41,601 nt of DNA from Actinomycetota bacterium (GTDB lineage: Bacteria; Actinomycetota; CADDZG01; JAHWKV01; JAOPZY01): positions 1 to 41,601 of the forward strand of contig JAOPZY010000173.1 in assembly GCA_025963875.1 (NCBI GenBank). The letters run 5' to 3'. Made by a program: the position numbers and the translations under genes. The notes under the pieces are model-generated. The model had not been told where the DNA came from, ran no database searches, and saw nothing but the letters and a program-made list of their open reading frames with translations. How positions within the stretch are numbered: the stretch's first letter is position 1; every line of letters starts with the position of its first letter. Below are positions 14,924-24,896 of this stretch, piece by piece.

Positions 14924-17490
14924 GGCTTCGACGGCATCAGCGGAGGGATCTCGGGCGGCACCCAGCACTCGATGGTTGTGCCTTGTCCGGGCTCGCTCGA
15001 GATGCGGGCCCACCCACCGGCCATCTCGGCGCGCTCCCGCATCGCCGTCAGACCCATGTGGCCGAGCGGCGACTCGGCACGCTCCCCGGCACTGAAGCCC
15101 ACGCCGTCATCCGTGATCCGCAGCAGGCACCCCCGGTCCAGCGTCTCCAACGCGATCGACACATGGCCCGCTGCGGAGTGCTTCCGGACGTTGGCGAGGG
15201 CCTCCTGTGCCACGCGGTAGAGGATCACCCGGGTCTGGGGCGGCGGCTCGGCCACGAAGTTGTCCTGGATCTCGAAGGCCAGCCCCGTTTCGCCGTCCCC
15301 CGGCTCCAGGTGCTCCCGCAGGGCCACGGCGAGACCGCCCCGGTCCAGCGCCAGCGGGCGGAGGTCGAACATGAGCCTGCGCAACTTGTTCACCGAGAGC
15401 TCCACCGCCTCCTGGAGCTTCCCGACGGTCCGGAGCTGCACCGGGTCGGACAGCTGCATCGCCAGCATCCCGAGCCGGATGCTGACGACCGCCATGACCT
15501 GGATGGAGTCGTCGTGGATGTCGGCGGCGATGCGGCTGGACTCCTCCTCCTGGGCGTTGACGCAGCGGGCAAGGAGATGGCGGCGCTCGGCGTCGACATC
15601 CCGCAGCGTCCGGATGAGATGGGCGGTCTGCTGCTCGGCCCGCTTCGCCTCGGTGACATCGCGGATGATGCCTTCGATGGCGACGAGGGTGCCGTCGCGA
15701 TCGTGGACGGGGACGGTGCGATGTTCCGTCCAGACAATGCTCGAATCCTTGCGGATCCACCGCATCGACAGCCGGCGTCCCGCCCGCTCGCCGGTCATCG
15801 TCATCTCGAGGAGATGCCGGTCGGCGTGATGCACCATGCGCCGTCCGATGTCGGGATCCGCGTAGTGTTCCTCGGGGGTGTAGCCAGTGATCTCCGTCGA
15901 CGAGGGGCTGACGTACTCGAATCCCGCGGGGGCCGGCTTCAGGCGGTACCGGAAGATCAGGTCCTTGGCGTTCTCGGCCAGCCGGCGGAATCGCTCCTCG
16001 CTCTCCCGCAGGGCACGTTCCGCCTTGTTGCGCTCGAAGGTCCGCCCCAGCTGCGAGCCCACCTGCGCCATGGCGTCGAGGATCGAGACGTCCGGCAGCC
16101 CAACCTTGGTCGAGAAGAACTCGACGGTGCCCAGCGCCTCCTCGTGGGAGATCACGGGGAAGCTGAAGGCGCTCCTGAGGCCGGCAGCAGCGGCGCTGCG
16201 CTGCTCGGGGCGCTTCCCCTCGCCGGGCAGGTCGGCGATCCAGGTCGGCCCCGGCCCGGCGGGCGGATCGCCCGGGACCGGGAGCTTCTCCTCGAACCGG
16301 AACGGGGCTTGTTCCGCTGCCGTCTGGAACGCCCGGAATCGCTCGGCATCGGTCACATACCAGCATCCGCATGGACCGTGCCCGGCCACCCAGCCCGTAT
16401 GGGAGCACACGAGCTCGAGGCAGGTCCTCACCGCCTGCTCGATGTTGTCCGCCTCGTTGGCCGCTCCCGCCACCCGCTGCAGCAGCTTGGCAAGTGCCGC
16501 CTGCTCCCGCATCGCCTCAACCCGGCGGCTGTTCGTCAGGACCAGGCTGGCGTGCTCGGCGAAGGCCCGCAGCGCAGCTCGCTCGTTCAGGCTGAAGGAG
16601 ATCCCCTCCCGGTCGGAGGACACCAGCAGGCTCCCGACCACCCTGCCCGCTTCCCGGATGGGCGTTCCCATGGAGGCCTGCACCCCGGCGGCGACGAGGG
16701 CCGGCAGCGCATACGGCAACGAGGGGTAATCCTCCTCCACGATCAGGTGGCCCGCCGTGCAGATCTTGCCGGCCAGGCCCGCCGTCGCGGGCAGCCGGGT
16801 CAACGAATGGAAGACAGCCTGCTGGTGACCGTGGAACGACACGGCGGTGGCGAAGGACGGGTCGTCGGAGTCGATGAGCCGCAGGACGACGGTGGCGCCG
16901 TCGCCCAGGAGCGTCGCCGCGCCGGAGGTGACGGCATCGAAGGCGCCCTGCAGCGACTCGTTGTCGGGGATGGGCTGCTGAATCCTGGAGAGCCGCTCCA
17001 GCAGCTCCCGCCCCGCGGTCACCCCCAGCGGTCCGGTGCTCTCCCGCTCCCTGGGCATCCTCGACGTCAGCGCAACGAGCTGCGCCACGGACCTCAACAT
17101 GGCAACCTCGGGGTCGGTGAACGGAAGGGTGCCGCGGCGCGCGACCACCAGGCTCACGCCGGGTTCGGGATCGTTACCGATTGCCAGCACCCGGCAGACG
17201 CCGATGCCGGGAACCTCCACCGGTTCGTTGGTTCCGGCCAGCGCCAGGAGATCGAACCGGGCAGGGCCGCCGGTGACCCGGCCGCCCGACGCGATGACCG
17301 AGCCGCCACGGATGGCGATCGCGATCTCCGCCCCGACGGCCTCCGCCGCCTGGGTTACGGCGCGGTTGAGCGAGCCCTGCTCCCCCGCGTCCGCCAGGGC
17401 CTCCACCGTCACGCTTTCGCCTTGCGATCGTGCTCGCGGTGCTGAGGTTCGCGTTCCCGTTGACCGGGCCGGGTCCAAGGCATGGTCCAT
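14920..17490 (-). CDS. Soluble GAF/GAF/PAS sensor histidine kinase (HisKA_3 type)
   Basis: GAF-like segments, PAS (FEYVSPSSTEITGYTPEE), RIAADIHDD H-box, YRVAQEALANVRKH, ITDDGVGF, GLTAMRERA; no TM helices. Start uncertain. Confidence 0.9.
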   Translation of the reverse strand: MDHALDPARSTGTRTSAPRARSQGESVTVEALADAGEQGSLNRAVTQAAEAVGAEIAIAIRGGSVIASGGRVTGGPARFDLLALAGTNEPVEVPGIGVCRVLAIGNDPEPGVSLVVARRGTLPFTDPEVAMLRSVAQLVALTSRMPRERESTGPLGVTAGRELLERLSRIQQPIPDNESLQGAFDAVTSGAATLLGDGATVVLRLIDSDDPSFATAVSFHGHQQAVFHSLTRLPATAGLAGKICTAGHLIVEEDYPSLPYALPALVAAGVQASMGTPIREAGRVVGSLLVSSDREGISFSLNERAALRAFAEHASLVLTNSRRVEAMREQAALAKLLQRVAGAANEADNIEQAVRTCLELVCSHTGWVAGHGPCGCWYVTDAERFRAFQTAAEQAPFRFEEKLPVPGDPPAGPGPTWIADLPGEGKRPEQRSAAAAGLRSAFSFPVISHEEALGTVEFFSTKVGLPDVSILDAMAQVGSQLGRTFERNKAERALRESEERFRRLAENAKDLIFRYRLKPAPAGFEYVSPSSTEITGYTPEEHYADPDIGRRMVHHADRHLLEMTMTGERAGRRLSMRWIRKDSSIVWTEHRTVPVHDRDGTLVAIEGIIRDVTEAKRAEQQTAHLIRTLRDVDAERRHLLARCVNAQEEESSRIAADIHDDSIQVMAVVSIRLGMLAMQLSDPVQLRTVGKLQEAVELSVNKLRRLMFDLRPLALDRGGLAVALREHLEPGDGETGLAFEIQDNFVAEPPPQTRVILYRVAQEALANVRKHSAAGHVSIALETLDRGCLLRITDDGVGFSAGERAESPLGHMGLTAMRERAEMAGGWARISSEPGQGTTIECWVPPEIPPLMPSKP

Positions 17491-17658
17491 GGGGCTGGCG
17501 GCCAGTCACGCAATCGAGCGCTGGACTCTCTCTCGGCCTCCACCAGACTGTGGCACGCCGCGGGGGGCGGGACAAGCGACGTCGTGGACCTTGGGACAGG
17601 ACAGAACGTCCAAATTTCACGTATGGTCGGCACCCCGCCGGGGCACTACGCTGGAGGC

Positions 17659-17892
17659 GTGCCCTGCGTGCAGTGCGGCAAACGCCAGACGGACCCCGCC
17701 AAGGGGGCCTCTCCGTGGGCGAGACTGGTCACGAAGGGCCAGCAGGTCCTGCTGTGCCCCGCCTGCCAGGCGGCCGATCCCCTGTGGCAGAGTCGCTCCG
17801 ACCATTGCCCCATGTGTGACAGCACCCGGCTGTCGGTGATGCTGGGCTCGGTCGTCTGCCGGGCCTGCGGGGAGATCCAGACATCGGAGTGA
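17659..17892 (+). CDS. Small double zinc-ribbon protein (four CxxC), 77 aa
   Basis: CVQC, CPAC, CPMC, CRAC. GTG 17659 lies 6 nt after TACGCT; alternative ATG 17623. Confidence 0.7.
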   Translation: MPCVQCGKRQTDPAKGASPWARLVTKGQQVLLCPACQAADPLWQSRSDHCPMCDSTRLSVMLGSVVCRACGEIQTSE

Positions 17893-17930
17893 CCGGCATC
17901 GTCCGGAGAGGCACCGGTACACTCAACGTC

Positions 17931-19208
17931 ATGCGAACGATCGATCTCCGGTCCGACCCGCACACCCCCATCCCTCGCCCGGTCACCGGCGACGAGGCGG
18001 GCAGCGCGGCGCTGGAGGCAGTCCGGGGCGTGATCGCCGATGTCCGCCGGCGGGGCGACGCGGCGCTCCGGGAGCTCACCGAGCGCTTCGACGGCGCACG
18101 CCTGGACGCACTCCGGGTTCCCGAGCAGGACATCAAGGCCGCAGCCGCGGCGGCCCCCGAGACGCTCCTCGACGCCATGCACGAGGCGGCGGCCCGCATC
18201 CGGGCGTTCGCCGAGCACCAGCGGATCGCCCCGTGGAAGGCCATGATCGGGGGCGCGTCCGTCGGCGAGACCGTCCAGCCGCTCGGCCGGGCCGGCGTCT
18301 ACGTCCCCGGCGGCCGGGCCGCCTACCCCTCCTCCGTCCTCATGTGCGCCGTGCCCGCCTCCGTGGCCGGCGTGGCCGAGGTCGCCCTGTGCACGCCCCC
18401 TGCCGCCGACGGATCGGTGCCGGCCCCCACGCTCGCCGCCGCCCACGTGGCGGGCGTGACCGAGGTCTACCGGGTCGGCGGGGCGCAGGCGGTCGCCGCC
18501 ATGGCGTACGGCACGGCGTCGATCCCCGCGGTTGAGGTCATCGTCGGCCCGGGCAACATCTACGTGGCGCTCGCCAAGCGGGAGGTCGCCGGCGTGGTGC
18601 AGATCGACAACGTGGCGGGGCCGAGCGAGATCGCCATCGTCGCCGGCGACGGGGTCGACCCCGCCATCGTCGCCGCCGACCTCATCGCCCAGGCCGAGCA
18701 CGGACCGAACGGATCGTTCCCGCTGATCACGTGGGACGAGGCACTGGTGCCGGCGGTCGAGGCCGCCCTCGAGCGCACCCTTGCCGCAATCGACGCCGGC
18801 CCCGACTTGCGCTCGATCCTGGAGGCAGGCTGCACCGCCGTGCTCGTTGCCGGCCGGGAGCAGGGCCTCGATGCAGCGGAGCGTTTCGCCCCCGAGCACA
18901 TCGAGCTGATCTTCGAGGGCGCGGCCGAGGCAGCGGAGCACTTGCGCAACGCCGGGGCCATCTTCGTGGGCCCGTGGTCGCCGGTGTCGCTCGGCGACTA
19001 CCTGGCGGGGAGCAACCACGTCCTCCCGACGGCGGCCTCTGCCCGCTTCGCCTCGGGGCTCCGCACGTCGCACTTCCAGCGCGCCAGTGCGGTCATCGCC
19101 GGCAACCGGGACTCGCTGCAGGCGGCCCGCCGCCACGTCGCCGCCTTTGCCGAGGCCGAGGGGCTGCCGAACCACGCCCGGGCGGTGGAGGCCCGTTTCC
19201 ATGAGTGA
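17931..19208 (+). CDS. hisD: Histidinol dehydrogenase
   Basis: GVYVPGGRAAYPSSVLM, GGAQAVAAMAYG, VGPGNIYV, AGPSE, QAEH, APEHIEL, GDYLAGSNHVLPT. Confidence 0.97.
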   Translation: MRTIDLRSDPHTPIPRPVTGDEAGSAALEAVRGVIADVRRRGDAALRELTERFDGARLDALRVPEQDIKAAAAAAPETLLDAMHEAAARIRAFAEHQRIAPWKAMIGGASVGETVQPLGRAGVYVPGGRAAYPSSVLMCAVPASVAGVAEVALCTPPAADGSVPAPTLAAAHVAGVTEVYRVGGAQAVAAMAYGTASIPAVEVIVGPGNIYVALAKREVAGVVQIDNVAGPSEIAIVAGDGVDPAIVAADLIAQAEHGPNGSFPLITWDEALVPAVEAALERTLAAIDAGPDLRSILEAGCTAVLVAGREQGLDAAERFAPEHIELIFEGAAEAAEHLRNAGAIFVGPWSPVSLGDYLAGSNHVLPTAASARFASGLRTSHFQRASAVIAGNRDSLQAARRHVAAFAEAEGLPNHARAVEARFHE

Positions 19209-20307
19209 CTTCGAGCTGCGCGAGCGGCTGACCTCACGACCCGACCTGGCGGACCTGCACGCCTACGGCGCCCCGCAGCTCGATGTCGCCGTCCGGCTCA
19301 ACACGAACGAGAGCCCGTACCCCCCGCCGACCGCCTTCATGGAGGATCTCGCGGGGAGGGTGGCCAAGCTGGGCCTCAACCGCTACCCGGACCGCGATTT
19401 CACCGCGCTGCGGGAGGGCCTGGCGCGCCACGTGGGCACGCTGACCGAGCGCCTGTGGGCGGCCAACGGCTCCAACGAGGTCATCCAGCAGCTCGTGCAG
19501 GCCTTCGGCGGCTCGGAGCGCAAGGTCATGACGTTCGAGCCCACCTACACGATGCACTCCCACATAGCGAGGGTCTCGGGCACGCGCCTCATCCGTGCCC
19601 GCCGCAACCCCGACTACACGATGGACCCCGACGCCTCGGCGGAGGCCATCCGCCTGGGCAGGCCCGAGATCGTCTTCCTCTGCTCGCCCAACAACCCCAC
19701 CGGCACGGTGATCCCCGAGGAGACGGTGGCGGCCATCTGCGAGGCGGCGCCGGGCCTGGTGATCCTCGACGAGGCTTACACCGAGTTCTCCGGTGGATCG
19801 CTCTGGCGCCTCGTCGAGGAGTACGAGCACCTGGTGTCGGTGCGGACCTTCTCGAAGGCATGGCGGCTGGCCGGTGCCCGCATCGGCTACATGGTGGCGC
19901 AGCCGTCGGTCATCGAAGAGGTGATGAAGGTGCGGCTGCCCTATCACCTGTCCAGCCTGACCCAGGCCGCGGGGCTCACCGCCCTCGACCACGCCGAAGA
20001 GCTCTCGGCAACGGTCGAGACCATGCGCCACGAGCGGGACCGGTTGTGGAACGAGCTGTCCACAACCAAGGGGATCACCGCCTTCCCGAGCCAGGCCAAC
20101 TTCGTACTCTTCCGCTGCGAGTCCATCCCGGCCCCCGAGGTGTGGCGCCGCCTCCTCGACCGTGGCGTGCTGGTCCGCGACTTCTCGTCCACCCCCGGCT
20201 GCGACGGCTGCCTGCGGGTGTCGGCGGGCACCGCGGAGCAGGGCGAGAGGTTCCTGGAGGCGCTGTCGGACTCGCTACGCCCGACGGAACTCTCGGACAT
20301 CCCGTGA
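19201..20307 (+). CDS. hisC: Histidinol-phosphate aminotransferase
   Basis: LNTNESPY, LNRYPDR, ANGSNE, CSPNNPTG, DEAY, RTFSKAWRLAGARIGY. Confidence 0.96.
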   Translation: MSDFELRERLTSRPDLADLHAYGAPQLDVAVRLNTNESPYPPPTAFMEDLAGRVAKLGLNRYPDRDFTALREGLARHVGTLTERLWAANGSNEVIQQLVQAFGGSERKVMTFEPTYTMHSHIARVSGTRLIRARRNPDYTMDPDASAEAIRLGRPEIVFLCSPNNPTGTVIPEETVAAICEAAPGLVILDEAYTEFSGGSLWRLVEEYEHLVSVRTFSKAWRLAGARIGYMVAQPSVIEEVMKVRLPYHLSSLTQAAGLTALDHAEELSATVETMRHERDRLWNELSTTKGITAFPSQANFVLFRCESIPAPEVWRRLLDRGVLVRDFSSTPGCDGCLRVSAGTAEQGERFLEALSDSLRPTELSDIP

Positions 20308-20903
20308 GCCGCCCCGGGCGCACGGGCGAGGTCGAGCGCACGACGAAGGAGACGGCCATCCGGTTGTCGGTGGACCTCGACGGCACGGGGATGGCGAAGG
20401 TCGCCACCGGCGTCGGGTTCTTCGACCACATGCTGGAGCAGCTCGGCCGCCACTCGCTCATCGACCTGGCCGTCGACGCCGAGGGCGACCTGCACGTCGA
20501 CTCGCACCACACGGTCGAGGACGTCGGGATCGCGCTCGGCACGGCCCTCACCCAGGCACTGGGCGACAAGCGCGGGATCCGGCGCTACGGCTGGGCCGCG
20601 GTGCCGATGGAGGAGGCCCTGGTCCTCGTGGCGCTCGACCTGTCCGGCCGCCCGTTCCTTGCGTTCGACGCCCCCGTGCCCGCCGAGCAGATCGGTAACT
20701 ACGATCCCGACCTCACCGAGGAGTTCTTCATGGCGCTCACCCGCTCGGGCGGCATCACGCTGCACGTCCGCCTGCTGTCGGGGCGCAACTCCCACCACAT
20801 CGTGGAGGGGGTCTTCAAGGCGGTGGCCAAGGCCCTGCGGATCGCGGTCGAGGTGGACCCCCGGGTGGGCGGCGAGGTGCCCTCGACGAAGGGGGTCCTG
20901 TAG
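20304..20903 (+). CDS. hisB: Imidazoleglycerol-phosphate dehydratase
   Basis: RTTKET, FFDHML, DSHHTVED, NSHHIVE, PSTKGVL. Confidence 0.97.
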   Translation: MSRPGRTGEVERTTKETAIRLSVDLDGTGMAKVATGVGFFDHMLEQLGRHSLIDLAVDAEGDLHVDSHHTVEDVGIALGTALTQALGDKRGIRRYGWAAVPMEEALVLVALDLSGRPFLAFDAPVPAEQIGNYDPDLTEEFFMALTRSGGITLHVRLLSGRNSHHIVEGVFKAVAKALRIAVEVDPRVGGEVPSTKGVL

Positions 20904-20906
20904 GCC

Positions 20907-21506
20907 GTGGCGCGCGTGGGCATCGTCGACTACCGGATGGGCAACCTCGCCAGCGTCGCCAAGGCGCTCGAGAAGGTGGGAGCGGAGAGCTTCGTGTCCG
21001 AGGACCGCGACGCCCTTGCGGCAAGCGACATCGTCGTGCTGCCGGGCGTCGGCAACTTCGCGGCCGGCATGGCGAACCTGCGCCGAGGGGGCCTGGACGC
21101 CTTCGTGCGCGAGTGGGCCGGGGCGGGCAGGCCGCTGCTCGGGATCTGCATGGGCATGCAGATGTTCCTCGACCACTCCGAGGAGGGCGACACCGCCGGC
21201 CTCGGCATCCTCCCGGGCAAGGTTGTCCGGCTCCGGGGCGACGTGAAGGTCCCGCACATGGGATGGAACACGCTGCGGGAGACGACCGGCTTCCTCCACG
21301 TCTTCGAGGGCCGCCACTTCTACTTCGTGCACTCCTATGCGTGTGTCCCGGCCGAGGAGGTCACCGCCGCCCGGACGTGCTACGACGAGACCTTCGCCTC
21401 GGCGGTGGAGGCGGGCAACGTCATCGGGGTGCAGTTCCACCCGGAGAAGTCCAGCCACGACGGCCTGGCTCTGCTCACCGCAGCCCTGCAGACGTTCGCG
21501 GCCTGA
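20907..21506 (+). CDS. hisH: Imidazole glycerol phosphate synthase glutaminase subunit
   Basis: GNLASV, LPGVG, LGICMGMQ, VPHMGWN, FYFVHSY, QFHPEKS. Confidence 0.97.
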   Translation: MARVGIVDYRMGNLASVAKALEKVGAESFVSEDRDALAASDIVVLPGVGNFAAGMANLRRGGLDAFVREWAGAGRPLLGICMGMQMFLDHSEEGDTAGLGILPGKVVRLRGDVKVPHMGWNTLRETTGFLHVFEGRHFYFVHSYACVPAEEVTAARTCYDETFASAVEAGNVIGVQFHPEKSSHDGLALLTAALQTFAA

Positions 21507-21517
21507 GGCTCTTTTCC

Positions 21518-22258
21518 GTGTTCGACATCTTCGTCGCCATCGACCTGGTCGGCGGCCGCGTCGTCCGGCTGCTGCGGGGCGACCCTGAGGCGGCCACCGT
21601 CTACAGCGAGGACCCGGTCGCCACGGCCCGGGAGTGGCAGGAGCGGGGGGCGACGTGGCTCCACGTCGTCGACCTCGAGGGAGCGATCAGCGGGGAGCCG
21701 GCCAACGCCGGGGTGATGCGCGGGATCATCGAGGCCGTCGACGTACCGGTCCAGGTCGCCGGCGGCATCCGCTCGCTCGACGCCATCGACGCATGGCTCG
21801 CCGCCGGGGCCGCCCGGGTGGTCGTGGGCACCCGTGCCATCGAGGAGGCGTTCCTGTCGGAGGCGGTGCCCCGCTTCGGGCAGGGGCTGGTGGCGGCGGT
21901 CGACGCCCGCGACGGGATGGTCCAGGTGGGCGGATGGCAGGCGTCGTCGTCGCTCACCGCCGGGGAGGTCGTGTCCCGGCTCTCGGCGGCCGGCGTGCCC
22001 AGGATGCTGTTCACCGACATCGGCCGGGACGGTACGCTCGGGGGTCCCAACCTGACGGCCATCCGTGACGTGCTGGCCGCCTCGGGCATGGGCCTCATCG
22101 CCTCGGGCGGTGTGGCGGGTCTGGGCGATGTCGAGACGCTGCTGTCCCTCGGGCACCCACGCCTCGAAGGGGTCATCGTCGGCAAGGCGCTGTACTCCGG
22201 GTCCCTGGTCCTGGAGAATGCGCTGGCTGCCGTCACCGGCGCACGGGTGGGCTCCTAG
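21518..22258 (+). CDS. hisA: ProFAR isomerase (HisA/PriA family)
   Basis: [43 protein letters not shown]. Confidence 0.94.
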   Translation: MFDIFVAIDLVGGRVVRLLRGDPEAATVYSEDPVATAREWQERGATWLHVVDLEGAISGEPANAGVMRGIIEAVDVPVQVAGGIRSLDAIDAWLAAGAARVVVGTRAIEEAFLSEAVPRFGQGLVAAVDARDGMVQVGGWQASSSLTAGEVVSRLSAAGVPRMLFTDIGRDGTLGGPNLTAIRDVLAASGMGLIASGGVAGLGDVETLLSLGHPRLEGVIVGKALYSGSLVLENALAAVTGARVGS

Positions 22259-22260
22259 CG

Positions 22261-23022
22261 GTGCTGGCCAAACGGGTGATCCCCTGCCTCGACGTCCACG
22301 CCGGACGGGTCGTCAAGGGCGTGCAGTTCGTCGACCTCGTCGACGCCGGGGACCCCGTCGAGCTGGCCGCGTTCTACGACCGGGAGGGCGCCGACGAGGT
22401 GGTGTTCCTCGACATCACCGCGTCGCACGAGGGCCGGGAGACGATGCTCGAGGTGGCCCGCGCCACCGCCGAGAGCGTCTTCATCCCTCTCACGGTCGGC
22501 GGAGGGGCGCGCGGCATCGACGACGTGCGGCGGCTCCTCCGGGCCGGAGCGGACAAGGTCTCGATCAACACCGCCGCGGTCGAGCGCCCCGAGCTGCTGA
22601 CCGAGGGAGCCGAGGAGTTCGGCGCCCAGTGCATGGTCTGCGCCATCGACGCCCGCCGCCGTTCCGACAGCGACGGGTGGGAAGTGTTCACCCACGGCGG
22701 GCGGCGCCCCACGGGCATCGACGCCGTCGAGTGGGCGGCCCGGGCCGAGGCGCTGGGGGCCGGGGAGATCCTGCTCACCTCGATGGACCGGGACGGCACG
22801 AAGGACGGCTACGACATCGACCTGCTCCGCGCGGTGAACGAGGTCATCACCGTGCCCCTCGTCGCCTCGGGTGGGGCAGGCAACCTCGACCACTTCTCGG
22901 CGGCGATCTCCGAAGGCGGCGCCGACGCCGTCCTGGCGGCGTCGCTGTTCCACTTCGGCGAGCTCCGGGTGGCCGAGGTCAAGGCCCACATGGCCCAGGC
23001 GGGCATCCCGGTCCGGCGCTGA
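22261..23022 (+). CDS. hisF: Imidazole glycerol phosphate synthase cyclase subunit
   Basis: [38 protein letters not shown]. Confidence 0.98.
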   Translation: MLAKRVIPCLDVHAGRVVKGVQFVDLVDAGDPVELAAFYDREGADEVVFLDITASHEGRETMLEVARATAESVFIPLTVGGGARGIDDVRRLLRAGADKVSINTAAVERPELLTEGAEEFGAQCMVCAIDARRRSDSDGWEVFTHGGRRPTGIDAVEWAARAEALGAGEILLTSMDRDGTKDGYDIDLLRAVNEVITVPLVASGGAGNLDHFSAAISEGGADAVLAASLFHFGELRVAEVKAHMAQAGIPVRR

Positions 23023-23023
23023 T

Positions 23024-23809
23024 ATGAGTTCCGGACGAAACCCGCTCAGCCTCGTCACCGGGGCATCGGGAGGGATCGGCGAGGAGCTGGCCCGTATCCT
23101 CGCCCGGCACGGCTACGACCTCGTGCTGGTCGCCCGGAGCGCCGACAAGCTGGCGGCGCTGGCGGAGCGCCTGGAGCTGGACCACGGGATCCAGGTGCGG
23201 GCGGTTGCCAAGGACCTGGCCCGCCCCGACGCCGCCGCAGAGATCCACGAATGGCTCGCCGCCGAGGGCCTGACGGTGGACGTCCTCGTCAACAACGCGG
23301 GCATGGGGCTCCTCGGCAAGTTCGCCGAGATCGGGATCGAGGGCGACGTCGAGATGCTGCGGCTCAACGTCGAGGCCCCCACCCTGCTGACCCGGCTTCT
23401 CCTGCCCTCGATGCTCGAGCGGGGGAGCGGCCGGATCCTCAGCCTCGCCTCGACCGCCGGGTTCCAGCCCGGCCCCCTGATGGCGGTGTACTACGCCACC
23501 AAGGCTTATGTGCTGTCCTTCAGCGAGGCTCTGGCCAACGAGGTGGCCGGGACGGGCGTCACCGTGACGGCGCTCTGCCCCGGCCCGACGGAGACGGGCT
23601 TCTCCTCCCGTGCCGGATCGGAGCAGTCACGCCTGTTCAAGGGGCCCACGATGGACGCCCGGACCGCCGCCGAAGCCGGCTACGCCGCCCTCATGGCCGG
23701 CAAGCCCGTGGTCGTCCCCGGCTTCCGCAACCGCATCCTGGCCTTCGGCGTGCGGTTGGCGCCCCGGCGGGTGGTGACACAGATCGCCCGCCGCATGAAC
23801 GAATCGTAG
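23024..23809 (+). CDS. Short-chain dehydrogenase/reductase (SDR)
   Basis: TGASGGIG, VNNAG, YYATK, LCPGPT. Confidence 0.93.
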   Translation: MSSGRNPLSLVTGASGGIGEELARILARHGYDLVLVARSADKLAALAERLELDHGIQVRAVAKDLARPDAAAEIHEWLAAEGLTVDVLVNNAGMGLLGKFAEIGIEGDVEMLRLNVEAPTLLTRLLLPSMLERGSGRILSLASTAGFQPGPLMAVYYATKAYVLSFSEALANEVAGTGVTVTALCPGPTETGFSSRAGSEQSRLFKGPTMDARTAAEAGYAALMAGKPVVVPGFRNRILAFGVRLAPRRVVTQIARRMNES

Positions 23810-23826
23810 GGCCGAGCCTTTTGATA

Positions 23827-23871
23827 TCTGTGAGTAAAAACTGGCGTTGTACACCAGAAAATACTCACAGA
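23827..23871. repeat. Inverted repeat between convergent genes; possible bidirectional terminator or REP-like element
   Basis: TCTGTGAGTA-aaaa-CTGG-cgttgtaca-CCAG-aaaa-TACTCACAGA. Confidence 0.8.
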
Positions 23872-23893
23872 GCCTCCGCCCCGGCGAGCTGCA

Positions 23894-24796
23894 TCACGGC
23901 ACCGTGAGGACGCTGTTGATGCGGGGCAGCCCCGACGCCACGAGCTCCCAGGATTCCCCCTGGTCGAGGGAAGCGTAGACCGAGCCGTCCGGCAGCCCGA
24001 AGGCCGCCAGTTCGCCGCTGGGCACCGCGTCCAGGCAGAGGCTGTCGATGTGGGCACCGAAGAACTCCGGCAGGCCCCTGCCGCCGTGCCGCAGAGAGGC
24101 GCCGTCGAGGTTGCCCCGGTACAGCGCGCTGCGCCTGCCGCGGGGCCCCTCCGCGGCGGACAGCAGCAGGGTGTCGCCGCAGACGGCGACGGCGCGGCAG
24201 TAGCCGGCGTGCAGGCCCTCGTCGTGGAACGTCCAGCCGTGCCCACGGTCGGGGCTCACCGCGAGTCCCCGCGCGGATGCCGCGTAGAGCCGTCCGGGGC
24301 GGGCGAGGACCTTGTGGACGTCGGTCTCGATGGGCAGCGTCGGTTGCCAGGTCCGGCCGGAGTCCTCTGACCGCAGGATCCCCCCGACGTGGACGTTGAC
24401 GTAGACGGCCTCGTCGTCCTCGCTGACGGACCGGGTGTCGGGCGGACCACCCCACGGGGTGAACCAGCGCTCACGCCCGGGCGCCTCGTCGAAGGCGGCC
24501 ACCGGCTCGAGGCCCTCGCCGGCCACGCGGAACAGGTGCGCCTCCGAGGTCCCCACGACCAACCCGGCGCGGGTGCCGGCCAGGCAGGTCGCCTGCAGCC
24601 CGTCCGTGTCTGCGACGTGGGACCAGTCCATCCCTGCGGTGTGCCAGATCTCCCGCCCGTCGAGGATGGCCCACAGCTGGTTGTGCTCCGGGGCCACCGC
24701 CGTGACGTCTCGGCCGGGGTGGCGGATCGCTCCCCGCCGGCCCGAGTCGCCGACTTCGTGGATCCCGTCCGTCGTGCCCACCAGGATGCGCGCCAT
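23894..24796 (-). CDS. BNR/Asp-box (sialidase-like) beta-propeller protein
   Basis: Asp-box repeats RSEDSGRTW, SPDRGHGW, SLDQGESW; start ATG 24796 or 24805. Confidence 0.82.
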   Translation of the reverse strand: MARILVGTTDGIHEVGDSGRRGAIRHPGRDVTAVAPEHNQLWAILDGREIWHTAGMDWSHVADTDGLQATCLAGTRAGLVVGTSEAHLFRVAGEGLEPVAAFDEAPGRERWFTPWGGPPDTRSVSEDDEAVYVNVHVGGILRSEDSGRTWQPTLPIETDVHKVLARPGRLYAASARGLAVSPDRGHGWTFHDEGLHAGYCRAVAVCGDTLLLSAAEGPRGRRSALYRGNLDGASLRHGGRGLPEFFGAHIDSLCLDAVPSGELAAFGLPDGSVYASLDQGESWELVASGLPRINSVLTVP

Positions 24797-24896
24797 GCCA
24801 CCCATATGGTCGCACGGGCCGCCCGACGTCGGGTTGTAGCGTAATTCTGAAAGGAATTTAATCTCCTGAAACGTCTGTTTCCGGTAAAATTGGGAC

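Noticed and set aside
17586..17612. GGAC-N5-GTCC palindrome resembling a DosR/NarL-type box upstream of the kinase
   Set aside because: Only 4-bp arms with non-canonical spacing; expected by chance in GC-rich DNA.
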